DNA from: Octopus sinensis
Taxonomy: Eukaryota
Length of the DNA: 64,000 bases
Direction: 5' to 3'
NCBI RefSeq assembly: GCF_006345805.1
Contig: NC_043010.1
Coordinates: forward strand, 7,192,001 to 7,256,000
Shown here: piece after piece, positions 25,921 to 38,658 of the stretch
Layout of the letters: every line of letters begins with the position of its first letter
Position numbering within the stretch: position 1 is the first letter of the stretch
Made by a program: the position numbers and the translations under genes
Notes under the pieces: model-generated
Database searches by the model: none
Seen by the model: only the letters and a program-made list of their open reading frames with translations
What the model was told of the DNA's origin: nothing

Positions 25921-27154
25921 TTCATTTTGTATCTGTTAAATTTGTAATGAGATGTTTGATGAATCTATATGTAATTGGTATTTATACTTTATATCATAGA
26001 AACGTATTATGTTCAGTGCCATCTGAAAGCATGGGCCACAAGGCACTTGCTTGATTGCCTCTTGGGTCTGTGAACCCAATGCAAACCTATGTTTGTTTTA
26101 GTTAATTTGCTTAGGAGCCTGTAGATCTATTAAGGCAGCCCCAATTATGTCTTTTGCTAGGACATAAGCTTTGCATGCTTTCACAAAGAAAGCTATAGAT
26201 GAAATCAATGGTTAAAATGTGTAGAATCATGTCAGTCCTGTAATTCTTGACTTGAAGAATGTGAACAACCAGGAAAAGAGGCTGAGTAAAATATACAGAT
26301 ATTGGAGTTTCGTAATATGTCTCTCTTACTGAATTATGAACTTGGACACAAGAATAGTTCTGCAGTTTTGCATAATAAATTGGGTCATGCAGTATAGAAA
26401 GGCAAAGAAACACATGAGTTAGTAGAAGAAGGATTAAAGGCAATCGAAAGAACAACACTGCCGGGAAAATTCAAATGTTGGATACTGCAATTTGGGCTGC
26501 ACCCAAGAATAATGTGGCCAGAACAAACAATAGAGCCTGGTGCAACACCTGACCCTACCAGCTCCAGTAAAACTGCCTAACTCATACCAGCATGGAAAAC
26601 AGACGTTAAACGATGATGATGATGATGGTGATGATGATGATGATGATGATGATGACGATGATGGTGATGATACATAAACACATACACACGTACATACATG
26701 AAAACATGCGTACATGCAAACATATATATGCAGACACGTAAGCACACGCATACACATGTAACATAATTTTATGATTATTCTTTTGACATCTTCTGTCAAT
26801 TTGCATCAGATTTGATGATGGACCCATCGCATTTCCCATTATTTACAGAATTTATTTGTCGTTGTATTTCACAAATTAATAATATCTAGAGGCAGTTCAC
26901 TGCTTCTCACTCGATTACTGCGGCTATCTGGAGTTATAACTTCATTTGCACTTAATGTCTAAGCAATACTAAGCAGATACATCTGCAATTTTCAGCTGTT
27001 GTCATCTTGCTTGAAGAAGCCTGAGACACACACTTATATTAATTGAATAAATCAACCCCCAGTACTTTTATTGATATCTTAACATAATAGCATAATGCGT
27101 CCTGTGTTTAGATATAAACTCAATGGTTTTTGACAAAGATATAGATGAAGTCTC

Positions 27155-27572
27155 CAGGAGTGGCTGTGTGGTAAGTAGCTTGTTTACCAACCACATGGTT
27201 CCGGGTTCAGTCCCACTGCGCGGCACCTTGGGCAAGTGTCTTCTACTATAGCCTCGGGCCGACCAAAGCCTTGTGAGTGGATTTGGTAGACGGAAACTGA
27301 AAGAAGCCCGTCGTATATATGTATATATATATATGTATGTATGTGTTTGTGTGTTTGTGTGTCTGTGTTTGTCCCCCTAGCATTGCTTGACAACCGATGC
27401 TGGTGTGTTTATGTCCCCGTCACTTAGCGGTTCAGCAAAAGAGACCGATAGAATAAGTACTGGGCTTACAAAGAATAAGTCCCAGGGTCGAGTTGCTCGA
27501 TTAAAGGTGGTGCTCCAGCATGACCACAGTCAAATGACTGAAACAAGTAAAAGAGTAAAAGAGAAAAGAGAG
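27155..27572 (+). mobile_element. Family A SINE, full length
   Basis: Close to the consensus of the window copies. Confidence 0.9.
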
Positions 27573-27858
27573 TATGTAAAATTATGACGGATGTACAACT
27601 GTTGATTAGAAAAATGCAAATGAACAGTAAGGAAGGCTGAAGTAATATGATACCAGTAAGTGGCTTTAGGTGTTGAGGTTTTGTTTCTTGTCTCTGGTAT
27701 TGGATTGTGCATTTGAAAACATAAACAAGGTTGTTCATTCCAGATTCAATTACACCACATAGTAACTTGGGGAAATGTCTTCTATGAAAATCTCAGGTTT
27801 ACTATTGTCTGGTTGTGGAATTTGGTTGGTAGACAGAAACAGTATGAAAGCCAGTCAT

Positions 27859-27907
<49 letters not shown>

Positions 27908-27928
27908 TACATACATATACACACACAT

Positions 27929-27975
<47 letters not shown>

Positions 27976-28029
27976 CACATACATACATATACATATACAT
28001 ACACATACACACACACACATACATATATA

Positions 28030-28153
28030 TATAGGCGTGGCTGTGTAATAAGAAGCTTGCTTCCCAACCACATGGTTCTGAGTTCAGTCCCACTGTGTGG
28101 CACCTTGGGCTAGTGTCTTCTACTATAGCTTCAGGCTGACCAAAGCCTTGTGT
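28030..28153 (+). mobile_element. Family A SINE, 5' part (a 3' part lies at about 29225-29460)
   Basis: Head and core present, ending in a TA tract. Confidence 0.75.
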
Positions 28154-28369
28154 GTGTATATATATATTAGAATAATAAAGAGAAAGTTCTTGGTACAGTA
28201 TCATATATATTTGAAATGATGAGTAGAGATGTCTTTTTTGAGGGGATAATTTTTATTTTTATTTTAATAATAATGTTTAGAGTGAGTTACTCTGATATAA
28301 GGTTCGAGCTTCAAGTAACCATTTTTTTTTTGGGGGGGGGGTGTATGTGTACTTGTAAAAAAAATCTTT

Positions 28370-29155
28370 TGCTATTTAAGCAACCAGTAAAACATACGTT
28401 TCTCAGTTTTCTCACCATCTGTGAGAAAGGCAGCATCATGATGTAATTCACTCTGCCAGAAATTTGGAAACTGCTTGGCATTCACACTGGAAGCTTAATA
28501 TGAACATTTCAAAGTGTTTGGGTGTCAATCTGAGGACAGTGCAAAGGATTTGGAAAGAGTTGGATGAGTCTAATGGTGATTACGAAGGTGTTTCAAATGA
28601 TCACTAGTGATGGCGACGTTATGCCTCCATTCATCTTTCCACATGGCCTACATCAAGTGGCTGGAGGAGGTAGTGCTGCCCTGGGTCAAGAGAGTGGCTG
28701 CTGGAAGACCTTATGTCTGGCAACAGGACTCTGCACCATGCCACACAAGTAGGAGAACCCAGTCATGGCTGTCAGACAATTTCTGAGACCACATCACCCC
28801 TAACATCTGGTCACCTAACTCCCCAAACTGCAGCCCCCTTGATTATTATGTGTGGGGTGCAGTTGAGAGAGAAACCAACAGAACTCCTTGTAACATCAAA
28901 GATGAACTGAAGGCAAGGATTATAGAAGCATTCACCAACTTAAACAAGGAGACCATCCAGAAGAATTGCAGGAGATTCCAAAGTCATCTGGAGACCATGG
29001 TTGAAGCAAATGGCGATTTTATTGAATAAATTTACTCTTTAGTATTTCAAGATGTTTTTATGTAATTTTGGTAAATATATCTGTTAAAATAAGATGGGAG
29101 TGTTATTTTCATTTTTGCGCAATTTAGACAACAATTTATTCCCCACATCCTGTGT
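28370..29155 (+). mobile_element. Internally deleted Tc1/mariner-superfamily element, DD37D (maT-type) transposase remnant
   Basis: AYIKWLEEVVLPWVKRVAAGRPYVWQQDSAPCH...WSPNSPNCSPLDYYVWGAVE...EANGDFIE*. Asp codons at 28727 and 28841 are separated by 37 codons, with one internal stop. The element ends CATCCTG near TA; no left TIR found. Confidence 0.85.
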
Positions 29156-29160
29156 ATGTA

Positions 29161-29194
<34 letters not shown>

Positions 29195-30059
29195 CATACA
29201 CACACCCATGTGTATGTATATATTTTTGTGTGTGTGTGTTTGTCCCAATACTACCATCACCATCTTTTGACAACTGATGTTGGAGTGTTTACGTCCTCAT
29301 AACCTAACAGTTCGACAAAAGAGACCAATAGAATTAGTACTAGGCTTACAAGGAATAAGTCCTGGGGTCGATTTCTTCGACTAATACCCTTTAAGGTGGT
29401 GCTCCAGCTTGATCACAATCAAATGACTGAAACAAGTAAAAGAATAAAAAGAAGAAAAGAATATATGTATGGGTGTATTTCAGTAACGGATGTAGACATT
29501 GAAGACATCATTAAACTGGTGCTTTGAAAAGAAAGCCTTTGTGATATTTGTTCCATCCTAGTTCCAGAGACAATTTTTTGCCTCTTTTATTATTGTAATG
29601 TAATGAACTAATGGTCTGTCTTTTGGAATCCTGTAACTGATGACACCCTTGCTCACCAAGTATGGCATTTGATAAAACAGATAAATAAATAAGTAAATAA
29701 ATGAATAGGTGTAGGCATAGCTGTATGGTGAAGAATTTTGTTTCTCAACCATCTGGTTTTGAGTTCAGTCCCTTGGTTCTATTACAGCCTAAATCCAACC
29801 GATGCTTTCTGAGTGATTTATCTTGGTAAAATAAAAACTCCATTGAAGCCTGTTGCATGTATGTGTGTGTGTATGCATGAGCAAGTATGTGTGAATGCTT
29901 ACTTGGAAAGTGTTGAGCTATAAACAGTAATGGTTGTTGATATTCAGGGCTAACGAAGTTGTTTAAATTTGAAAGTAAGTAAAATGAGAAATCTTGTGAA
30001 AAACAGGTAAGGTTTAGTGACAGTAAGAGAATCTGCAGTAAGAGAATACCTCAATGATA

Positions 30060-30530
30060 TATTTAATTTAATTTAATTTATATTGGCTCAAAAAGCAAAT
30101 GCAAAGCCATGTAGGGGACAGGGAGTCATGTACAGGGAGGATGGTCAAACAAAGAGCTCAGGCCATTTCCGGTCAAGAAAGACTTTGAACCGAGCGGTCG
30201 TCGGCATCGTCACTATCTCGTCTGGCAGCTTATTCCACGGATCTGCAACCTGGACGGAGAAAGCCCCTCTCTTTTGATTGAGATGAACTCGTCATAGATA
30301 GAGCTTTTTGGAGTGACATCGCAGCCCAGGCTCTGGAGCAGGAGTGAAGAACAGCTCTTTCGAGAGGTTACACTTTCTGCTTATCATGTTGTGAGTGAGA
30401 ATGAGATCACCACGGCGGTGGTGTTTTTTGAGAGAAAAAAGTTCGAGCGTCTTCAGCCTTTCTTCATGAAACAAATGCTTGAGACCAAGAACCATGCGGG
30501 TAGCCAGCTTCTGGACTTAGTATTTATCTA
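30060..30530 (-). mobile_element. CR1/L2-type LINE 3' fragment
   Basis: VQKLATRMVLGLKHLFHEERLKTLELFSL...RRGDLI...AFSVQVADPWNKLPDEIV...FKVFLD, ending in a (TAAAT)n tail. Confidence 0.85.
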
Positions 30531-30851
30531 ATCTATACTGCATTGAAAAAATATACATAAAACAAATGTATGAATAAAAGAATAAAAAAGGGACAGTTGA
30601 CTTTCAAATGGCCCAGTCTGTCTGATACAACAAAATATTAGGAAGAGGAAAAAGTTTGTGTGCTGTGTTAAAATAATGCTTTTTTTATATATTTTTGTGG
30701 TATGTGTGTTCATTCAGTTCATTATTTTAACATGGCCTATGAACTTTTTTCTCAAACTAGTAATAACAAATTCCAAATGTTAGTCATGGATGCTCTGTAA
30801 AATTGATAAATGGTTTGATAACTTTCAATTTTAAGTTTGATTCTTCCTTGA

Positions 30852-31263
30852 AAGTGGCTGTGTGGTTAGTAGCTTGCTAACCAACCACATGGTTCCGGGT
30901 TCAGTCCCACTGCGTGGCATCTTGGGCAAGTGTCTTCTGCTATAGCCCCGGGCCGACCAAAGCCTTGTGAGTGGATTTGGTAGATGGAAACTGAAAGAAG
31001 CCTGTCGTATATATGTATATATATATACATATATATATGTATGTGTATGTGTGTTTGTGTGTCTGTGTTTGTCCCCCTAGCATTGCTTGACAACCGATGC
31101 TGGTGTGTTTACATCCCTGTCACTTAGCGGTTCGGCAAAAGAGACCGATAGAATAAGTACTGGGCTTACAAAGAATAAGTCCCGGGGTCGATTTGCTCAA
31201 CTAAAGGCGGTGCTCCAGCATGGCCGCAGTCAAATGACTGAAACAAGTAAAAGAGAAAGAGAG
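30852..31263 (+). mobile_element. Family A SINE
   Basis: Near full length. Confidence 0.9.
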
Positions 31264-31740
31264 AGTTTGGTAAGCTAAGGGTATCACGAAGCTGACTTAT
31301 CTTGCATACACTACTTGAAGAAGATCGGGTTTTTAATAGTTCACTTATGACTCAAAGTGTTATAGACTCAAATGCAAAGTGTTAGTGTTATACCAGCCAA
31401 CATCTCAATGAATCCAACTTTGCTAATCTCTATTCTATCCTTCTTAAAGAAAATTTATTTCAGTCATAACGATAAAGGTAGATATTGCAGTAGTTTAAGC
31501 ACTTAGCCAGGGTTCTCTTATTAACACTATAGCCACACCACACCACTACCACTACCAGGGCAAGCAATCCAAAGGCTCACCACCGTTTATTTATTAACAG
31601 CAAACCACAGCTTATATTGGGGCTTCCAATAGTTACGCAGGATACTGTGAGTGCATATGGCTTAAGGTGGCATCGCACTTAATCAGAAACTGAATGTTTT
31701 TGATTCATATAGTTTATAGACTTTGCATATATAATCATCT

Positions 31741-32163
31741 ACTCTTTTACTCTTTACTCTTTTACTTGTTTCAGTCATTTGACTGTAGCCATGCTGGAGC
31801 ACCACCTTTAATCGAGCAACTCGACCCCGGGACTTATTCTTTTGTAAGCCCAGTACTTATTCTATCGGTCTCTTTTGCCGAATTGCTAAGTAACGGGGAC
31901 ATGAACACACCAGCATCGGTTGTCAAGCAATGCTAGGGGGACAAACACAGACACACAAACATATACACACAAACACATATATATACATATACATATATAC
32001 GACAGGCTTCTTTCAGTTTCCATCTACCAAATCCACTCACAAGGCATTGGTCGGCCCGAGGTTATAGTAGAAGACACTTGCTCAAGGTGCCACACAGTGG
32101 GACTGAACCCGGAACCATGTGGTTGGTAAACAAGCTACTTACCACACAGCTAATCCTGTGCCT
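31741..32163 (-). mobile_element. Family A SINE
   Basis: Full length. Confidence 0.9.
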
Positions 32164-32673
32164 TACTAATTCTAATAATTTATAGACTTTGTAATTAGGC
32201 TTTGCATATACAATTATTTACAAGGGATTAATTAACACATATATACATATAAGCTACATTAGCCCAAAAATATATTTACCAAACATATTTACAAGGCAAG
32301 AACGAAAAACACACAACAACAACAACAATGGAAATTTTTTGATTGAACTACAAAAACCATGCATGTACAAAAACATAAAACTTTCACAGAGAATATTAAT
32401 ATTTGCTAAACTGGCTGATCTTTGAGGAGAGAATCTAGCTGCTCCATAATCTTAGTCTATAATACTCTTTTACTCTTTCACTTGCTTCAGTCATCTGACT
32501 GTGGCCATGCTGGAGTGCCGCCTTTAGTTGGACAAATCGTCCACAGGACTAATTCTTTGTAAGCCTAGTACTTATTCTATCGGTCTCTTTTGATGAACTG
32601 CTAAGTTATGGGGACTTAAACACACACACAAATGCATGCATACATACATACATACATACATACATACATACAT

Positions 32674-32720
<47 letters not shown>

Positions 32721-32744
32721 TACATACATACATACATGCCTAAT

Positions 32745-32847
32745 TAAGGCATGTGTAAAATTTGAATGAAATTGGTTGTGCAGTTCTCAAGTTTTAGGGA
32801 AACACACAGACAGACAGACACACATTCTCAGTTTTATATATATATAA

Positions 32848-32849
<2 letters not shown>
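32745..32849 (-). mobile_element. 5' end of a non-autonomous Helitron related to 33320-33719
   Basis: Ends CAGACAGACAGACACAC...TTTTATATATATAAAGAT, which is a TC start on the minus strand. Confidence 0.5.
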
Positions 32850-32886
<37 letters not shown>

Positions 32887-33319
32887 GAGAGAGAGAAAGA
32901 CGGAGAGAGAGAGAGAGAGCTAGGACAATAGCTTATCAGGATATACCATTTCAAAAAACAAATAAATCATTTGGCCACATAGTTAATTAGAAAACATATA
33001 TTCATTTAAAGCACTGTGTGCTCCATAAAAATATGTACAATTTAAATAATTGATAAAATATTATCCCTGAACATTTCGAAGAAATATCATTGAAATTAAT
33101 TCATGTACAAATAATAATTCCTACTATCAAAATAACTTTAAAAAAAGAATATCCTAAAATAATAAGCATTAATCTGAATATCACCTGCCTACTGAAAATT
33201 AATATATTAGCATCTTCAAATTAAATTAGTTGTTTCCTTATTTCGAGATTTAAAGAAGACATTGAACTATAATAAATTATTTATAATAAATTAGTTTCAA
33301 TCTAAATGTCTATAAAATA

Positions 33320-33719
33320 CTAGCAGTATCGCCCGGTGTTGCTCGGGTTTGTAAGGGAAATAACTATATAAGCATTTTTAGAGATGTAAAGTATAATAGC
33401 CATCTCAATATGGTTAACCACAAAGGGGGGGGGGTGTTACTGTAGCTTTTTACGTTCTGAGATTTAATAATAAATTTTTAGAGAGTTACTTCCCTTATAT
33501 ATGCCAAAAATGCATTAAAAATGGGAAAAAATGATGGTAAATTTTTTTTAAATCGTAGACTCATCGTAGACACGCGCTAATACCCAGAGGGCTCGATATG
33601 AATCACGACTATAAGACACCAGGTTTTGGTTAAACTGCACCGCAAAATGTGGGAGTAGTTAGGAAACTAAATCGTAGGAGAGACAGACAGACACACAACC
33701 TCACTTTTATATATAAAGA
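33320..33719 (-). mobile_element. Complete 400-bp non-autonomous Helitron
   Basis: Minus strand reads A|TC..., then a subterminal hairpin CCCG-AGCAACAC-CGGG, then ...CTAG|T. No TSD; (CTGT)n near the 5' end. Confidence 0.85.
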
Positions 33720-33844
33720 TATGAATAAATTGTTAGGAAAGCCTAAAATAAATTACTGCTCAAATATTATCTGCAAAATAAGTGCCAGTATTTATGCTAA
33801 TATAGAGTAAATATACTTAGTGTGTGCTTGTTGGCATATGCATA

Positions 33845-33849
33845 TGTAA

Positions 33850-33881
<32 letters not shown>

Positions 33882-34215
33882 ACACACACATACACACACA
33901 TACACACACACACATACACACACACACATCACACACACACATACACACACACATACACACACATACACACACACACACACATACACACACACACACATAC
34001 ATACACACACACATACAACACACACATACAACACACATACACACATACACACACATACACACACACACATACACACACACACATCACACACATACACATA
34101 CACACACATACACACACACATACACACACATACACACACACATACACACACACACAACACACACACACACACATACACACATACACACATACACACATAT
34201 ACACATGCATACACA
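33845..34215. repeat. Compound (CA)n/(CATA) microsatellite
   Basis: Directly visible. Confidence 0.95.
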
Positions 34216-34227
34216 CTATTTATATAC

Positions 34228-34857
34228 CTTTTACCTTTTCTCTTAATTGTTCAGTCATGTGACTGTGGCCATGCTGGAGCACCGCCCACCTTTAGTCGAG
34301 CAAATCGACCCCAGGACACATTCTTTTTAAGCCTAGTACTTATTTTATCGGTCTCTTTTTTGCCGAACCGCTAAGTTACGAGGACGTAAACACACCAGCA
34401 TCGGTTGTCAAGCGATGTTGGGAGGACAAATACATACAAACAAACATGCACATACATATATATATACATATATACGACGGGCTTCTTTCAGTTTCCGTCT
34501 ACCAAGTAGCTTGCTTACCAACCACATGGTTCGGGTTCAGTCTTTGGGCAAGTGTCTTCTACTATAGCCTCGGGCCGGCCAAAGCCTTGTGAGTGGATTG
34601 GTAGACGGAAACTGAAAGAAGCCCGTCGTATATATGTTATGTATGTATGTGTGCGTGTATGTTGGTGTCTGTGTTGTCCCCCTAGCATTGCTTGACAACC
34701 GATGTGGTGTGGGTTGTTTATGTCCCATCACTCACACATTGAATAAGTCTGAGTATACAAAGATAAGTCCCGGGGTTGAGTTGTTCGACTAAAGGCGGTG
34801 CTCAGCATGGCCGCAGTCAAAACTGAAACAAGTAAAAGAGTAAAAGAGAGTAAAGAG
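34228..34857. mobile_element. Two 5'-truncated family A SINEs fused head to head at about 34505
   Basis: The minus copy ends GTTTCCGTCTACCAA and the plus copy starts AAGTAGCTTGCTTACC. Confidence 0.85.
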
Positions 34858-35279
34858 TATTTAGATTAGGACTAATTTGGAGTAAAGATTATTTGCCAAC
34901 ATAACATAGCAGTCCTGGTTTAGGATGAATGTTGCTGTAATTTAGCCCCAGGAGACATCGTCTCCAGCTGGCTATATGACATGATCTGTGTCCTTATGTT
35001 TTCAAACAAGGAAATCTTGTACCCCCATTCAGCTCAAAATAATATCTGTGTATTGTGATTTGTGGGTTATTTCCCTTCATCAGCACAGAATAATTGTTTG
35101 GTTAGAGGTGGCACTGCCATGTTTTGTTGGCAAATAATCTTTACTTCAAAGTATTGTTGTTGAATATCTCTCGTTGTGAGATTTACAAATAGTAATTTAT
35201 TATTGTTCAATGTCTGCTTTAAATCTTGAAATAAAACAGCCAATTTAATCTGAAGATGATAACATTAATTTTCTGTAGG

Positions 35280-35955
35280 CAAGTGAAAGACAGATTGCAT
35301 GATGCCTGTGTACGAACAGCTATGATACATGGCAGTGAAACATGGGTTGTAATCGCTGAGGACATGTGTAGGCTTGAAAGGAATGAAGCTAGTATGCTTC
35401 ACTGGATGTGCAATGTCAGTGTGCAAGTATGACAAAATGTAAGCATCTTATGAGAAAAGTTGGGCATAAGAGGCATTAAATATGGTATACAAGAAAGATG
35501 ACTGAGCTGGTGTGGTCATGTGATATGTATTGATGTGGACAGCTGCTTAAAGAAGTGCTGATCTCTAACTGTGGAGGGAACCTGTGAAAGACGTAGACTC
35601 AGGAAGACAAGGGACTAGGTGGTGAAGCATGATATTTGAACATTAGGCCTTTATGGAGGCAATGACTATTGACCAAGACCTTTAGCAATATGCATTGTTT
35701 GAGAAGACTCATCAAGCCAAGTGAAATCATAGTTGTGACTGATGCCGGTGTCACGTAACTGGCACCCGTACTGGTGACATGCAAGAAGCACTCATGGCAC
35801 TCTTGGAATGGTTGGTGTTAGGAAGGGCATCCAGCCATAGAAACCATGCTACATCAGTCTAGAATTTGGTGCAGTTCTCTAGCTTACCAGTTTCAGAAAA
35901 ACCATCTAACCCATGCCAGCATGTAAAGCAGACACCAAATGGTGATGATGATGAT
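35280..35955 (+). mobile_element. Old RTE LINE 3' fragment with tail
   Basis: LHDACVRTAMIHGSETWVVIAEDMCRLERNEASMLHWMC with several stops, followed by the family C tail. Confidence 0.8.
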
Positions 35956-36609
35956 ATACTCGTTACTCTTTTACTTGTTTCAGTCATTTGACTGTGGACA
36001 TGCTGGAGCACTGCCTTTATGTGTACATATATATCATCATCAACATGCTGGCATAGGTTTGATGGTTTTACTGGCTTGGCATGTTGGAAAGCTGCTCCAG
36101 TTTGGTTTGGCATGGTTTTCTATGGCTGGATACCCTTCCTAACGCCAATCACTCTGAGAGTGTAATGGGTGCTTTTACATGCCACTGGGATGGGATGAAA
36201 GTCAAAGTTAACTACTAAGCATTTCGACTGGCACAATAATAATTCTGTCAGCTTGCTGCCCTATATATATATATATATACATATATAAAAGTACATAAAT
36301 ATATATTATGGAGATGTACTTGCATAGCAAGTGACTTGATCTGAGATCGTGTGCTGGAACGAAAACAATTGCAGCGTGGAAGGTGTTTATAAGCCATTTA
36401 AGAAACACACTCCCCTTCGTAAATGTATATAAGGACACAGGAAAAATGTGTCAAAGCCATCAGGAGGCATTGATGCTTCCTAGGGCTAAAGAGCGGTGGT
36501 GTACCCCACCTACTGTCACGTTCATGTTAGATTGACAGTATACAACCATTCTATATATATATATATACAAAAACCATACAAAAACCACATACAAAACCAT
36601 CTTCCTAGT

Positions 36610-37922
36610 CAAAGGAAGGCTAACTAGGAAGATGGTTTTTGTATGTGGCAGATGCTCAGGAACAATAAACACTGAAAATGCTCTGAGACCAACTTCCGTC
36701 ACTTCCAGGGAGAAAAAAACTAGAAATAGTTAATAGTTCCGTTACCTAGGTGACCAAGTCAGCAGCGGGGGCGGGGTGTGCTGAATGTGTGAAGTGTAAC
36801 TGCTAGAGTAAGAATAGCTTGGGCAAAGTTCAGAGAGCTCTTACTCTGCTGGTGACAAAAGGCCTCTCGCACAGAGTGAAAGCAGACTGTATGATGCGTG
36901 TGTACGAACAGCCATGCTACATGGCAGTGAAACATGGGCCGTGACTGCTGAGGATATGCGTAAGCTCGCTAGAAATGAAGCCAGTATGCTCCGATGGATG
37001 TGTAATGCCGGTACTCACACTCGGCAGAGTGTAAGTACCTTGAGAGAAAAGCTGGACTAAGAAGCATCAGTTGTGGTGTGCAAGAGAGACGTTTGCGCTG
37101 GTATGGTCATGTGGCGAGAATGGATGAAGATAGTTGTGTGAAAAAGTGCCACACCCTAGCGGTTGAGGGAACCTGTGGAAGAGGCAGACCCAGGAAAACC
37201 TGGGACGAGGTGGTGAAGCACGACCTTCGAACTTTAGGTCTCACCTGAGGAAATGACTAGAGACCGAGACCTCTGGAAGTGTGCTGTGCGCGAGAAGACC
37301 CGGCAGGACAAGTGAGTCCACAACCCGTGGCCTTCTACATGGGATGGAGCCAGCCTACGTATGCATACCTTCCCTTCTTGGGACACAAAACTCTACTTGT
37401 GAAGACCGTGTTGAGGCAAGTGAGGATCAGAATCGAAATCGATCAATGGAAATTGCGGATGTGCTACCAGTGCCGGTGGCATGTCGAAACTCTGCTTGTG
37501 AAGACCCATTGAGGCAAGTGAGGATCAGATCGAAATCGATCAATGGATCAATGGAAATTGCAGATGTGTTACCAGTGCTGGTGGCATGTAAGAAACTTTC
37601 TGTTTCGCGACCGTTGCCAGCAGCCCCGTTTCCACGTTCGTGTCCGTTGCCAGCCTCGCCTGGCCCTCGTGCCGGTGGCACATAAAAGCACCATCCGTTC
37701 GTGGCCGTTTGCCAGCTCTGTCTGGCACCAGTGCGGGTGGCACGTAAAAAGCACCCACTACACTCACGGAGTGGTTGGTGTTAGGAAGGGCATCCAGCCG
37801 TAGAAACACTGCCAGATTTGACTGGGCCTGATGAAGCCTTCTGGCTTCACAGACCCCAGTAGAACCGTCCAACCCATGCTAGCATGGAAAACGGACGCTA
37901 AATGATGATGATGATGATGATG
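36610..37922 (+). mobile_element. 5'-truncated RTE LINE: RT C-terminus, 3' UTR modules and (GAT)n tail
   Basis: KGRLTRKMVFVCGRCSG...RYLGDQVSSGGG...VRIAWAKFREL...LYDACVRTAMLHGSETWAVTAEDMRKLARNEASMLRWMC...ERRLRWYGHVARM...GRGRPRKTWDEVVKHDLRTLGL, with 1-nt indels. Confidence 0.92.
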
Positions 37923-37945
37923 ATATATATATATATATATATATA

Positions 37946-38254
37946 GGAGATGTACTCGCATAGCAAGTAATTTGATCTGAGATCGTGTACTGAAACAAAA
38001 ACAATTGCAGCGTGGAAGGTGTTTATAAGCCATTTAAGAAACACACAAAAGCCGTTCGATTCACTTCAACATTTAAGTTTAATTTGTCAAAATATTTTCG
38101 TCGCTAAAATCCGCGACCTGTTCACTGACAAAAATCTGTGCTGCATCTGAGCGACGAAAATATTTTGACAAATTAAACTTAAATGTTGAAGTGAATCGAA
38201 TGGCTTTTGTGTGTTTCTTAAATGGCTTACAAACACCTTCCACGCTGCAATTGT
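37946..38254 (-). mobile_element. Penelope-like terminal repeat with inverted copy (family H3), in (TA)n
   Basis: 105-bp inverted arms at 38001-38105 and 38150-38254 with 2 mismatches. A truncated relative lies at about 36308-36410. Confidence 0.7.
38083..38132 (-). ncRNA. Minimal hammerhead ribozyme motif, family H3 (G3-C8 swapped core)
   Basis: TTTGTCA GTGAACA G GTCGC GGATTTTA GCGAC GAA AATATT T TGACAAA: 7-bp stem I, 5-bp stem II and palindromic loopless stem III. Confidence 0.7.
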
Positions 38255-38294
<40 letters not shown>

Positions 38295-38626
38295 GTATAT
38301 ATATATGTATGTATGTATATATTATAGTTATAGGAAGTTAATTATATGGCCGGTCCCAGAGCGACCAATGGTTTCCCACTCATAAAGCAAATAACCTTAT
38401 AGACAGCCGGTAAAACTCCAATGGCTGTGTGTGTGTATGTATGAAGTGACTAGCAGTCTTTCCATTCACTAACTTCAGTCACAGGGCACTGGTTGGCCTT
38501 TAGATGTAATAATAGACATTTGGCAAGGGTACCACAATGTGGGCTTGAACTAAAACGAAGTGGTTGCAAAGCAAACTACTTGACCATAGAGCTACATACA
38601 CCTATATATATTCATACATAACTGTG

Positions 38627-38658
<32 letters not shown>

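Noticed and set aside
26111-26458. 115-aa minus-strand ORF in unique sequence
   Set aside because: No recognisable motif, and alternative frames and splice sites are equally plausible.
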